Below, one piece after another: positions 13,227 to 26,527 of a stretch of 64,000 bases of DNA. The position numbers and the translations under genes were made by a program. Positions within the stretch are counted from its first letter, which is position 1. Each line of letters starts with the position of its first letter. The stretch is from Octopus vulgaris. Its lineage: Eukaryota. The stretch spans positions 50,964,001-51,028,000 of the forward strand of contig OX597823.1 in NCBI GenBank assembly GCA_951406725.2. The letters run 5' to 3'. Under the pieces are notes generated by a model. It made no database searches. It was not told where the DNA came from and saw only the letters and a program-made list of their open reading frames with translations.

Positions 13227-13652
13227 TAAAAAAACGGTAGTAACATTAGTTCCTACGGAACAGCCGTTTCGAAGTGGCGATAAACATTGCTTCTCAATAT
13301 AGTTACCACTTTCATCTCTTAGATATTTTCTAACAAGATACTTTGCTTGTTGCAAGATCAGTGACTGGTTGTCAATTACTTTTCTATATATTGCGAGCTG
13401 GAGCAATCTACAGTTATTTCTAGCAGACGGGTGTCTACCACTGAAGATGATGACAAATAGCTAGAAACCGGACGGTCAGGTGTCTCTGTCGCTAGAAAAT
13501 TGTTGGGCTTCGATTCCGTGCTTGCAATATATATCGGGTGTAGATTGCATCGATAAACAGCTGCAGGGGGCGTTCTCCTCGGGTTAAAAACGGTAATAAC
13601 GTCGGTTGCTACGGAACAGCCATGTAGAAGTGGTGATAAACGTTACTTCTCT
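13227..13652 (+). mobile_element. ~357-bp unit with partial tandem terminal repeat (pLTR- or retrozyme-like)
   Basis: TAAAAA(A)CGGTA.TAAC....GTT.CTACGGAACAGCC...GAAGTGG.GATAAAC.TT.CTTCTC occurs at about 13227-13295 and 13584-13651, with a hammerhead motif between them. Confidence 0.6.
13437..13481 (+). ncRNA. Degenerate hammerhead ribozyme motif
   Basis: acca-CTGAAGA-(16 nt, poorly paired)-GAAAC-CG GA CG-GT-C-aggt. The core and stem III are intact, while stems I and II are eroded. Confidence 0.55.
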
Positions 13653-13653
13653 A

Positions 13654-14030
13654 AGGCAGCGATCGATAGAATCGTTAATACGCCCGGGCGAAATGCTTAG
13701 CGGTATTTCGTCTGTCTTTACGTTCTGAGTTCAAATTCCGCCGAGGTCGACTTTGCCTTTCATCCTTCCAGGGTCGATTAAATAAGTACCAGTTACGCAC
13801 TGGAGTCGATATAATCGACTTAATCCGTTTGTCTGTCCTTCTTTGTCCCCTCTGTGTTTAGCCCCTTGTGGGTAGTAACGAAATAGGTATTTCTTCTGCT
13901 GTTACGTTCTGAGTTCAAATTCCGCCGAGGTCGACTTTACCTTTCATCCTTTCGGGGTCGATAAATTAAGTACCAGTTGCATAATGGGGCCGAGGTAATC
14001 GACTGGCCTCCTCCACAAACGTTTCGGGCC
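13654..14030 (+). mobile_element. SINE family A dimer
   Basis: Same head, core and linker as 9479-9866. Confidence 0.9.
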
Positions 14031-14363
14031 TTCTTTCATCCCTTATAGTGATTTCCTAACTAATTACTTTGCTTGATACATTAATATTTTTCCCGAAATG
14101 TGCAGGGTTATATAAAGTCACACACTTCTATACATGTAAACTAACACACACTCCCTCTTCGAATATACACTCACACTAAAACATACATACATTATCGCAT
14201 AATCACACATACTCACACATACGCATACGAAGGGTTCCCTAACATTCAACAGTTGACTTTACCCAACTGTGTGTTCATGCGCATGTCATTCATTATGCAT
14301 GTCTCTGTGTGTGCACGGGAGAGTGTGTGCGAGTTTGCATTTGTGTATGTGTGTCTGTGTGTG

Positions 14364-14407
<44 letters not shown>

Positions 14408-14664
14408 TGTGTGCTCATTTCTTCTTGTGCATTTCTAATTGACAAAGGACTCACGCATGCATTTCGACATGCATGAAATAGGGTTAGCGAGCAACAGTAT
14501 TGTCATCGGTGTGTAGGCGACACTGCCTTTTGTCTCTGTTGTCTCTCCCGGTTTGCAACACTGCAACGACTGCAGAAATTCCTGCCGGGAAAAAGACAAT
14601 GCAAATATCTTTCGAGACATGGGTGTGTTCGTCTGCGTGCGTGCGTGCGTGAGCTTGTGTGCGC

Positions 14665-14714
<50 letters not shown>

Positions 14715-15182
14715 ATGTGTGTAGCAAGCTAGATGGTTGTCAAATGCGTTCGTTTTGAAAAACTCAAGATTATAGGGAGAGATTCATTCAATCTGTCAGT
14801 CGGCATTCCAGATTAAAAATGGTTGCAGCTAGGATTATCGTTGCTGGCGCTATCATAAATTTGCAATATTGATGCTGTTGTGTGAATATTTATTCGACTT
14901 GTTCTTGTCAGAATGATCGTGATGATGATGATATTGTTGTTGATATTGTTGTTGTTGTTGTTACTGTTTTAGATAATGCCTATTGATTATGATGAAAATG
15001 ATGATGATGATGATGATGATGATGGTGAAGTATCAAGAAGCAAGAACTATGGCCCAGTATTTCTTCACGAGCATCAAATGAAGAATGGAGACATTTAAAC
15101 AACCATCGAACCGGTTAAATAGAGTTAATACATACACTCACACACCCATACACGCACACTTAAGTATATCTATCTTATCTAA

Positions 15183-15323
<141 letters not shown>

Positions 15324-15959
15324 GTCTGTTTGTCTGTCTGTCTATCTGTCTGTCTCTCTGCCTATCTACACAGACTCCACCCTACATATATATGCACACA
15401 CTACAAAGCATACCTCAACTTACGTTAGAAGCTGGTTCCAAAACAGGTGACTTAACTCGAAGATAACACGGAAAAACCTTTTCGAAGCTTTATTAACTTA
15501 TATCTATTTTAATGAATAATTTGTACATATTTTCACATGCACTTTATTTGACTTACCACTTCAATATTCCATTTTTAAAATGTTTATGCTTTTAAATATG
15601 TACACACATATACACACACACATAAACGCGCACACGCACACACACAAACACACACACATTTGTGGATTGTGATATGCATTCACGCACTTCCATACACATA
15701 TAACATCCCTCTCACGCGCTTCTTAATGTTTGCTTTTATGTGTAGTTATATTTAAATGCAGCTGAACATTAAACTGAAGCATTACTCAATATATTTTATT
15801 GTAAGAGTATTACATATGTATTAAATTTTACGAGAAAAAGATTGAATGTGACTTCCAAGGTTTTAGGCTTCCTCACCGTCTTCAGATTTTACAAAAAAAT
15901 AACAATACGATTTAACATACCGTAATACCTGAATATTTCACGAATAGATGAATAGTCAC

Positions 15960-17000
15960 AAATTTAAATATAAAGCAATTTAAGTTTCAGTCAGATTTGG
16001 CCCAGACCAGGACCAATTTAAACAACACCACCGGGAAAAGCAATTTAATAATGTTTCCATATTAGTCATTTTTTGAGCACCTTCGCACATTCGAGTAGAG
16101 TTGTTTGCAGAGATATATCCGACTGTAGGTGGTTTATCTGGAATTTGTTGGCGATATTCATTCAGGACCTGTCTGAATGTTAGGAAACATTTTTCTTTTC
16201 TTATGTGTCTTGGTGTGATATTAATGAGAGCAGGGCCAGTTGAGTCGAAATATTTCTGTCTTAGTGTAGTGATGTGACGCGAGCATGATTTTTATAGAGG
16301 ATGAATGGTACGGAGACGAAGCCTAGGGTGAATTTTAAGGGCTGATGCCAACATCATTAGGACAGCGCTTTTGGAATATTTACCATATCCTACAAATGAT
16401 ATAGGTCTCACGGTAGTATTGGAGGGAATGGAGCTTGAGTTTCAGCAGACGATCACAATAATCAAGACTTGTCATGTTGCCTGTTTTCTTTGTGATCGAT
16501 CTCTGGATTTCTTTCATTTTTATGATATTTTGCTTCGTGTAGGTGGGTCACAGTGGACAACGGTATTCAAGGTGAGAACGGGCGAAGGTGGACAAGAGAA
16601 GGATAATGGCAGGAGTGTTTCTGGGCCGGAAAGTCCTAAGGATCCAGGAGTGCGTCCTGCGTTCCATGTTGATAGTTCCCCGGGGCTCCCTAAGGGTGCC
16701 TGATGCCATGAAGCTTTGCCTGAAAGATGAGTGTATGGTAGCTTAAGAGCAACCACTTTACTGTAGTGAATTAATCCAAATTTATTCTCGTTTAGCAGCA
16801 TAATGTATTTTTCATCCATCAGATAGCAGTGAACAAATCCAACGAGACATTAGTCCGGTCCCTGTCACAAAAGTTCAAATGATGCTGTATTTGATGACGT
16901 CAATGATGTCATTGATGTAAATAATAAAAAGGAGTGGGCCCAGTAGAGTGCTTTGCAGGACTCCACTGATGATTTTGCCGAACTTGATCAAGCACTACCT
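15960..17000 (-). mobile_element. Degenerate CR1/L2-type LINE, RT region
   Basis: Minus strand around 16860-16970 translates SGVLQSTLLGPLLFIIYINDII (RT GVPQGSxLGPLLF motif). Stops and frameshifts are present. Confidence 0.75.
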
Positions 17001-17138
17001 ATCACCATATGGTAAGTTCTGTTCGTCGGAAAACATTCAATCTACTTTAATAGTTTCCGTCGGACCTCAATTTTCGTTAGCTTTTTTAATAGGATTCTGT
17101 GATGCTGTGGTCAAACATGCCGATGGCCTTGCTGAACT

Positions 17139-17201
<63 letters not shown>

Positions 17202-17404
17202 CATACACACACATATGCACGCACATATATAGGATATATAGGAGAATGTACAAAATATTCGATTATCATGAGTTATTGGGTAAGTGAAAGGTATTGCAGT
17301 TCATTTTCATAAATGAACTTGTCAGAAAAATATTACTGGAGACGAAAATATATATGGGAAAAGCAAGATATACATAGAGAAAAATGAAAATGAATCAGTA
17401 AATA

Positions 17405-18269
17405 TTGGGTTGAGAAATATTTCATGAGCGTTTTATCAAATTTATTCTAAACTAAAAAAAAAAAAACTAAAAAAAATTAATCAATAATATACTCTCCATT
17501 GTTGTTTGCGACATCTTTCCGTCGCTCAATAAGTTTTTCGGTGCTTCAGTGATAGAAGTCTTCCGGTCTTGACTCAAAGAATTCGTCCAACCAAACCCAC
17601 AATTCCACGTCATTATTGAACGATACACTGCGCGAAGCGTTCGAAAGCGTCGAAAGAGATGAAAATCTGACGACGCCAAGTCTGGAGAGTATGGAGGATG
17701 AGCAAACATTTCCTATTCGAGTTCTTGAATCACGGCTTTGGTCATATTGGCGATGTGAACCTTGCCCATTAAGTGATGGTGGTTCACAACGGATTTTTTT
17801 TTAATCACAATCCATTTGCTCCACCAATTCTTTGGTTGTTTGACATGGATATTCATTAAGAAGTTGATTCAATCGCGCTTCATCGAACTCAGTTGGTCGA
17901 CCGGTGTGTGATCCGTTCTTGAGATCGAAATTCCTATTTTTGAAGCGCGAAAACCACCAGTGAGCGGTACTTTGAGGCATTGCCCTTTCTCCATACACAG
18001 CACAAATCTCACGAGCAGCTTCGGCGGCCTTAACACCTCGATTAAATACAAAAAGCAAATGGTGTCGAAGACGTTCAGTTTTGTCGACTTGACATTCCAA
18101 TTTTAATGATCTGAAAATGCGCAAAAATCAATAAAATAAAAAATAAAAATATACTATCTTGTAGAGAAAAAAATTATCTATCAAATAACGAAACATTTTG
18201 CCAATGCGTTTTATTTCTGCATGCATTTTTAAGTTTGCAAAAAAGCTCGTGAATTATTCCTCAAATTAA
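17405..18269 (-). mobile_element. Internally deleted mariner element
   Basis: Imperfect TIRs (TTGGGTTGAGAAATATTTCATGAGC / GCTCGTGAATTATTCCTCAAATTAA) flanked by TA. Transposase N-terminal HTH (RHHLLFVFNRG...AAREICAVYG...WFSRFK...GRP) and the HPPYSPDLASSDFHLF motif are present, but the central DD region is missing. Confidence 0.9.
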
Positions 18270-18713
18270 TATATATATATATATATAAATGCTTGTAGAA
18301 ATTGCATGCATATGTGGACAACAGTTAAAATTACTTTATGGGGAAGGAATAAACAATGTAGTCAATTAAAAATATTCAGTTTAAAATATGAAGCATGGAA
18401 ATCTGAGCATTCAAAATTGATGAAAAAGCACTTAAGCATATCTTATCTCATTATAAGGCTCCCCCTCCATGAGAGTCGAAAACTGTTAGATATCTGGTCG
18501 TCTCTGTTAGATTCCTTCTCTTCATTCATGAAAAGTTTCCTTTGAATGTTTTCTTTCTTTTTACTGATTATTTTCTTCCCTGTACGCTTATAAATTTGCT
18601 TCATAATCATAGTTTATGTTAGACATCCGTGAACATACAATTTTAAAGCATTAGCACACACGCTCACACACACATGTGTATACGTACACACACACACGCA
18701 CACAAACACACAG

Positions 18714-18764
<51 letters not shown>

Positions 18765-19221
18765 TATACACACACATAAATACATAATTGTCTGTGCGCA
18801 TTTATGTATGTATACCCAACTTTATTCCATACATACAATTTCTATAACAAAGTATTTTATTTTATTTTTCTGTAAGTATATTTTATTTGCTGCCGTCTCT
18901 TTTCTAATCTCTCCTGGCAACAGAACGATTGTCTGTACCCAATTATCTTTTTACGATCTTCAAAATGTTCTGTTTGTTCCTTTCGCTCATTTCGTGATAC
19001 CTGTTCAAAGATGTTGTATGAGAAACACCTCAAGGACACTTTATGTGAAAATGTCCAGCTTTCAAAATATATATATTAAATAAATCTACTGTCAGTATTG
19101 GGAACATTCCTTTTTTGCAGTCATGTTCACACAGAATCCAGTTCTATATTTAAGAGATGAGGAATTATGTACATTATTTACATTTTGACGGAAATTTGGC
19201 CTTATCTTGGCGGATATTTGT

Positions 19222-19265
19222 CCTCAACGTTTTGACTGATATACCCTCCAGCCTTCATCAGGGGT
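19222..19265 (-). ncRNA. Decayed hammerhead motif (G12A)
   Basis: Minus strand CTGATGA-a-GGCTG gagggtatat CAGTC-AAAAC-GTT. The inverted copy at about 21060-21095 keeps GAAAC but has lost CTGATGA. Confidence 0.5.
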
Positions 19266-19324
19266 CTTGGAGAAATTTCGAACCTGGGTTCTCATTCCTA
19301 AGGTATTTTTCGAGGTTGTTGTTG

Positions 19325-19371
<47 letters not shown>

Positions 19372-19926
19372 GAGTGAGAGAGCAGTGCATACTATCAAAT
19401 TGACACTTGAGTAAAATATACGAAGCCTAGTATAGCCATCATGACTACGCGTCTGATAAGGGTACACCAGGTACATGCATCACAACCATATGTGCGCGAT
19501 ATGGTGATCTCATATCAAGATAAACAGCACATGATCTTGCAGGTGGGGCCCAGTTAGAATTTTCTCCTGGTTGAGTAGACCATCCCGCTAAAATCGTCCC
19601 TGAATAAGGATTGTTTAAGGGTGTTGAACGAACCACCCATGTTTCCAAAGGTGAATTAGCTAAACCTCTAAGAATTCCTTTAAACACACGGCTATGATGC
19701 TCCCCCACTACTTCTGCTCATGATCAGAGATGCACATATCGTTAGCCACTAAGGGACATGATCAACTGGTTAATGTCAAACAACTGACAAGCAAATCTGT
19801 GGTATTGAGCTGAATATTTGCTGTAGCCCTTCTTTTATACCAAAACAAATCAATGTACATGATAACACTTCCAATCAGTTAAGATCAGAAGCCATGAGAG
19901 CCAGTCTGATATTGCATCATGGCACT
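19372..19926 (-). mobile_element. ~550-bp non-coding repeat family E with (AAT)n tail
   Basis: Homologous copies at 28930-29225, 29238-29690, 41872-42420 and 58855-58965, each adjoining (AAT)n-type tracts. Confidence 0.85.
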
Positions 19927-19991
19927 TTATTATTATTATTATTACTGTTATTATTATTATTATCATTATTATTATTATTATTATTATTATT

Positions 19992-20757
19992 TTTTTTTTT
20001 TTGTTTTCCTCTTTCAATTTTGCTTCCATTTCTTGCCGAGTGTCTTCCCGACTCCTAAGGCGAAGAAACTCATAGTACACACCGGTAGGCCATCAAACCA
20101 AACTCAATAGTTCGTTCATTTTTTTAATTTTTTTAAGTTAAATTAAAATACATGGGTAGTAATAATTCTCACATCGACAATGCTCTTCTCAATACGTGTG
20201 ATGTACCAGTTAAGACAATCTTTTGCACTTCTTGCAGGGATGGTAAGCCAGGGATCATTCTCATATAATTTTCGGTTCCCTTCTTGATCATTCCTAGTGC
20301 TCCTACGATCACTGGTATTGTAACCGCCTTGAGATGCCACATTTTCTCAATTTCAATGAGTACGTCTTTATATTTTCTGAGCTTGTCAAGCTCTTTCGCT
20401 GAGATGTTATGATCACAGGGGATGCTCATGTCGATCAATAAGCAAACTTTATTGTTTTGGTCTTTCACAACAATATCTGGTTTATTGGCCTTGATGGTTC
20501 GGTCTGTATGTACTGGAAAGTCCCACAGAATGGTTACATTTTCTCCTTCAGTTACAGCCTCAGGGTGGTGATTATACCACTTGTCGGCAGTTTTGATATT
20601 GTAATGCCGACTTATTAGCCAGTGTAGATATTGGCCAACTCTGTCATGTCTTAATTTATACTCCACTGGTGCTAAGACTTTACATCCAGAGATTAGGTGG
20701 TCCACTCTTCAATCATGTCGTTGCAGAATCGGCATTTTGGGTCTGCTCCATTTTCAT
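19992..20757 (-). mobile_element. 5'-truncated RLE-type non-LTR retrotransposon (R4/Dong-like)
   Basis: CRFC..DHLISGC zinc knuckle (one frameshift), RHD, KPDIVV..LLIDM and KxxKY restriction-like endonuclease motifs, ending VQKIVLTGTSHVLRRALSM. Inserted within (TAA)n. Confidence 0.9.
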
Positions 20758-20759
20758 CA

Positions 20760-20867
<108 letters not shown>

Positions 20868-20936
20868 GATTCAGGTCACTGCCTGGAATCGAACTCGGAA
20901 TCTTCGGGTTATTAGCCCGCGCCCTTAACCACTACA

Positions 20937-21011
<75 letters not shown>

Positions 21012-21271
21012 CAACATCGAAAAATACCTTACAAATGAGAACCCAGGTTCGAAATTTCCCCAAGGCTAGAGTGCATATCAGGCGAAACCTTGTGTTAACC
21101 AAAAACTTGATGAGGACAAATATCCGTCAAATGTAAATAATGTAAATAATTCACACAGAATCGTTCATCTCTGAATATATTTTATTTCTAACATGACTCT
21201 AAATCTTCTCATGACTCTCTCGTGACTCTAAATCTTCACGAAATTCATGCGGCTGAAGATCAGAAAACAAG

Positions 21272-21308
<37 letters not shown>

Positions 21309-21575
21309 TATACACACACATGCATACGCACACGCACACACGCACTCACATGCATGTGTGCGCTTCTTTGTTTACCTGAATATGTAGGACTGAAATGTAG
21401 GACATCTCAAATTTCTGTGAATAGATTTTGATAAAACTTTTCCCAGCTGGTTTGCGCACTGTGGCAACACCATTGTTATATTTTCATAATTCTGTGTAAC
21501 GGCCTTTCTTTTTTATTTCAGATTTTTAAGTTTTGGGGTGAACCATGCTAATAGCGTCTCTCTTCTCTCAGAAAA

Positions 21576-22133
21576 ATGGGACGCGGAAAAGGTCTTGACG
21601 ATGAAGAAAAGTCTGTCACAATGGAAGAAAGTGCTAAAAGAATTTCCCTTCATGTCATTGCGGAAGATTTAGGTCGTCATGTAGACACGGTTAGACGATT
21701 CCTGAAGGACAATTTGCCAAGGAAGAAACGATCCGATTGTAGGACCTCCAAGACTGTGACAGCTAGGGATTTCATGAATATTAGCCGCTAGTTACGTGGG
21801 ACGCCTGGATAAACGAGCAAAGCTATTTTCACCACCTCCAGATTTCCTCATATACCAAAAACCACCAGAAGTCGCATCCTCAGGACCATAGCTTCCGTGC
21901 GAAAACCTTTGAAACTGCCCCCTTTAAAGCCTCATCACATGAGTTTGAGGCTTCAATGGGCTCTAAAGTACATGATATTAGACATAAACTGTGTTCTGTT
22001 CACTGACGAAACCAGGGTGACCCTTGACGAAGCTGACGGTTAGCCGAATGGTTGGGTCTATTCTGGAGATGAACGCTACCAACGTTTATGACGTCAGCAA
22101 CAGGGTGGAGAAATCATGTTGTGGGCTGGTATC

Positions 22134-22135
<2 letters not shown>
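21576..22135 (+). mobile_element. Degenerate Tc1-like transposase fragment
   Basis: MGRGKGL...IAEDLGRHVDTVRRFL HTH, then KLPPL and VLFTDETRVTLD (first catalytic D). Stops are present. Confidence 0.8.
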
Positions 22136-22179
<44 letters not shown>

Positions 22180-22180
22180 A

Positions 22181-22217
<37 letters not shown>

Positions 22218-22617
22218 TTCTTTCTCTCTCTCTCTATATATATATATGTTGTACCTGATAAAAATCTAATATGAAATCCATCTTCTATTGATTAATACTA
22301 TATGTGCGTGTATATGTGTATGTGTGTGAGTATGTGCGTGTCTGTATTACAATACGTGTCAAAATAAACTGATGAAACCAAAGTAGGATGAATGACTAAT
22401 TAACAGTTGTGTGGGGACATAATAACACTCATGATGGTAAAGGAGCAAGATCAGTCTAACTATTATTACACTGTTCGTCTGGAGAAGGTTAGTCTGATGT
22501 AAACCCCAAGTTCGTTCGGCCTCGGATGGTTCCAATCAATGGTGGTCCACTGGTAAGAAGACTGTTATATCTCAACTGTAGGTGTAGGTCTTTCAAAACA
22601 GCATATAAGCATCTTGG

Positions 22618-22700
22618 GGTTAAGAGCGCGGGCTACTAACTCCAAGATTTCGATTTCGATACCAAGCAGTGACCTGAATAATAATAAAAATAACAACAAC
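22618..22700 (+). mobile_element. Second copy of the tRNA-like head seen at 20869-20938
   Basis: GGTTAAGAGCGCGGGCTACTAAC...TTCGATACCAAGCAGTGACCTGAATAATAAT. Confidence 0.75.
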
Positions 22701-22774
22701 AACAACAACAACAATAATAATTTACACGGCGTCCTGAACAGCCTGATGTATTTATAATGTAATATAAGAGCACA

Positions 22775-23010
22775 TCAATAATGAAAAAGAAATACAATGT
22801 GCTGGAACTTGCTACTCCTTTATTTGATCTCTTACATATGTTTCAGCATTCGGTCACATCTGATGTGACACTATAAATGTAATCCGTAGATGCTTTGTAA
22901 TGTTAACATTCATAAACAAGCACATCTTCCGCCTGACGATATTGAAATATATACTAGATTAAGTAAAGGAGATCCAAGTTCAAGCTCATATTCAGTATTC
23001 TCCCATTATT
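22775..23010. repeat. Old inverted repeat with hammerhead remnants
   Basis: GCTGGAACTTGCTACTCCTTTATTTGATCTCTTACATATGTTTC matches the reverse complement of GAAATATATACTAGATTAAGTAAAGGAGATCCAAGTTCAAGC. The minus strand has GAAAC-ATAT-GT-A. Confidence 0.5.
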
Positions 23011-23699
23011 ATATATATATATTATAAATTTTTATGCATTTTCAACATTTTAGTATGTTTCATATATATAAAAGAATACAAAAATGCGACAAGAGCGCAA
23101 AACATCCAGACAGTTAGATGATACATAAAAGGGAGAAGAATAAACAAGGACGGGTTATTCGGAGTTTTCTTTCCTCAGTCGAGTTCCAGATTATCTTTGC
23201 AGTTTCTGCTTGTTATACTCGAGACTGCTCCAATCTGGTCATCCCCAAGGAAAAGTGCACTAGATTCCTTGGAAGAAAGCAACGAATGTATACGAAAACA
23301 AGGACGGAAAAAAAACGGAGAAATGGTACACAAATACAAATGCAAACATCAGGACATTAACAACAGGTGTCTTTCGACTAAGGACAAATTAAATTAAGCT
23401 GGTGTATGTGGAAGTGAAGCCTTATGGCAGATACATAAGAGATGACAGGCATGGGAAGGAATATAGATGCTGCACGGATGGTACTCGAACTAAGAAAGAA
23501 AGGTCAGGCCTGGCTGAACACCGGTCACATGGAAGGAGAGAAGAGAAGTACAGGCAGGGGGATAGAAGAATTAGGGAGGGACTAGAAAAAAGAAAAGGGA
23601 CAAAGTGAAACGAAAGAGAAGGGAAGGCCAGGAAATGTGAGAGAGGGGGAGCGAAAGAAAGAAGAGTGGAAAGAACGATGTAAGTGTGAAGGGGCTGAT

Positions 23700-23730
<31 letters not shown>

Positions 23731-23755
23731 AAAAATAAGAGAGTCGTACAAAATT

Positions 23756-23790
<35 letters not shown>

Positions 23791-23977
23791 TTACATATAA
23801 GAGACCAAAGTGTACGTACGCCGCTATGTGTATATAGAAAAGAACAGCTGAATAAAATCACCACAGTTACAACATGGTCTGATTTTCACACACTTATTAT
23901 TGTATTTTAAGAAAAAAATTACATTGTTGAAGTGTGTTGAACATTAAAAACAATATTTTTTAATGTTCATAAAGTTT

Positions 23978-24015
23978 AATTAGCGCTTTCATACGTTCGT
24001 ACTAATCATCAGATT
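23978..24015 (-). ncRNA. Type I minimal hammerhead ribozyme
   Basis: AAT-CTGATGA-ttag TACG aa CGTA t-GAAA-GCGC-T-A-ATT. Palindromic stem III AGCGCT, CUA triplet, 3-bp stem I. Confidence 0.7.
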
Positions 24016-24042
24016 TCAAAATGCCAGTTAAATACATGTCGA

Positions 24043-24080
24043 AATCTGGTGATTACTACAGATGTATGAAAGCGCTAATT
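24043..24080 (+). ncRNA. Decayed hammerhead motif (A6G)
   Basis: AAT-CTGGTGA-ttactacagatgtat-GAAAGCGCTA-ATT. Confidence 0.5.
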
Positions 24081-24853
24081 GAACTTTATGAATGTTACAA
24101 AATATTTTTTTTCGTGTTTAACACACTTCAACATTGTAAAAATGTATAAATATTTAAATACAATGATAAAAACGTGAAAATTAGACCATGTTGTTAGTTT
24201 ACTTAACTGATATATTTATTCTATACACATTCGTACACATATGTGTGTTTGTATATATGTATACGTATATATACATACATTTTAGAGAATGTATTTGTGC
24301 AAAGCCGAAACAATGCAAGAAGGTGCAAATTAAACTACAAAATGAAAAGAAAACGGAACAAAGTTGGAGTATTACCTTGTATTTCTATAATTCGGGGTGA
24401 AAAACTCTTCTTCAGGGCATTCGGAAAAGCGGTGGTTGGAAAAAGATTGTCGTTCAGATGTGTGTATGTGTTATACCTCACAACGCTTCACCAAAACTAC
24501 CATACACATCGATGAATTAAGTACCAGTTGCGTACTGAGGTCGATCTAATCGACTGGCCCTTCCCCCCAAATTTCGTGCCTTGTGCCTAGAGTAGAAAAT
24601 ATTATATATATAGAAATATTAATATTTCGTCCTATATTTATGGACTGCCACATTAGCTTGACGATAACTATTAATATCCAGTACCGCTACCGTAATCTCC
24701 TTTAGAGAGACTTAGAAATTGTATTTCTATTATATACACAGATTATAATTTCTGATGCATTTTCAACATTTTAATATTGTTCATAGATACATACATACAT
24801 ACATACATGCATACATACACACACACACACACATATACATACATATATATATG

Positions 24854-24885
<32 letters not shown>

Positions 24886-26157
24886 TATAAGACAATTTTG
24901 AAAGTTTGAAGCAAGTTTGTAGTTTTTTTCATGTGTGTTTGTATGTATATGCGTGTAACAAATGTCCCTGCAAGACCACATTTTATTATACAGCTAAGTA
25001 TACGCTTATTGTTTTTTTTCTGTTTTTTTTTTAACTTTCTCGAGAGGATGTATGTATTTCAATGCATGTATAAGAAGACCAATATTTTCTTCCTCTTGCG
25101 GACATGTCAGTTAGAAATTAGATAGTTATAACAAAAATGTTCACACTTTACCCAAAATTTCGATATTTCTGATATTAAAACCATAACTGAAAATATAAGT
25201 GGAATGTATTTTTCTCCTGCGCAGTAGGCAAAAATAGAAGGTAAATTAACATATCAGGCTTTTCATTCAATTAAATATGAGAAGAAAGACCAGTTATAAT
25301 TGATATGCAAATCAAGGTAGACTTCTACATGGGTGATGAGTGACAGCATAAAACTATAAGGGTGAAACGGCTAAGTGATAGAAGAAATAAGAGATTTTAA
25401 ATTCTACGTCGTACGTGCTAAATGCGTCATATTTTATATCAGTTATGACTATCCACCACCTACAGAAATAAATAAAAGGATATATGCTTATGAACATTTA
25501 TTAGCTTAAATAAATCATTTGGTCAGGTTAAATAATATCGTAATCTCAAATTTTATGAGAACACCCTTATTGAAAAATTAAAACCTGTCCTCAACAACAG
25601 ACAAGAGACGCACAAATGAGATGGTTTGATTTAACACTGGCAAGCTACGTATGTCACAGCTCCAGTGTTGAATGCCAACTTGTCTGCTCAGGTCATAAGT
25701 ACACAAAAATCTTTTCTATTCATGGTTATAGCGTATTTTGAGTCGAAATGTAACGTAAAAATATTAATTTAAAATATAAAAAAATTGTTTTGTTTCATTT
25801 CTTCATAACTTGCATTGTAGCTTTTTCAATCACTACATATCTATTTCACATTGCCTCAGATAAACTATATTACGCAAGCAGATGCACAGACACAAAAGTA
25901 CACACACACACATCAGTTCTTTTACAAAGCGTTTCAAGAACGAGTAATAATACACGCAAACGTGTATATATACATATATACGTTATGTTTAATATAAAAG
26001 TTTAGATAGGAGACTTTAAAATGTAGCATCCAAACCTTGTTTCGTGTACGTCCATGGTAGAGTGCATTGAGAGCACTTCATCACTTACGAACACCAAGCA
26101 TCATCCGCGGTACAACACTTTAGTCGCAAGATCTACATAAGGAATGAATATATTTAA

Positions 26158-26247
<90 letters not shown>

Positions 26248-26300
26248 TATATATATATATACATATATACACAAACATACACGCTCATGCAAACACACAT

Positions 26301-26339
<39 letters not shown>

Positions 26340-26527
26340 CATACACACGTAAAAACACGCCGATGCACGGTACACATACAAACACACACACATATGTCGC
26401 TGCTATTATGTAAAAGTGTCATAAGTCCAAAACGTTACTTTTTCACAAAGCGAAAAACTAGTTTCACCATTCCGTTTCTATTTACATTAGTAACAGCGTC
26501 AGCTTAACAATATTATCTATGTAGTTA

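Larger units (their letters stand above)
23835..24225. mobile_element. Inverted pair of Penelope-like termini
   Basis: Diverged arms of about 180 bp centred near 24030, each with a hammerhead motif. A third copy lies at 56865-57040. Confidence 0.75.

Noticed and set aside
15845-15890. Minus-strand CTGAAGA...AAAAC...GTC hammerhead-like motif
   Set aside because: GAAA is mutated and stems I-III pair poorly. It is at best a relic.
16965-16990. CTGATGA...GAAC motif
   Set aside because: It is the antisense of RT coding sequence and has no stems.
20869-20938. tRNA gene
   Set aside because: A/B boxes are present, but there is no complete acceptor stem or T-run terminator. It is an element head.
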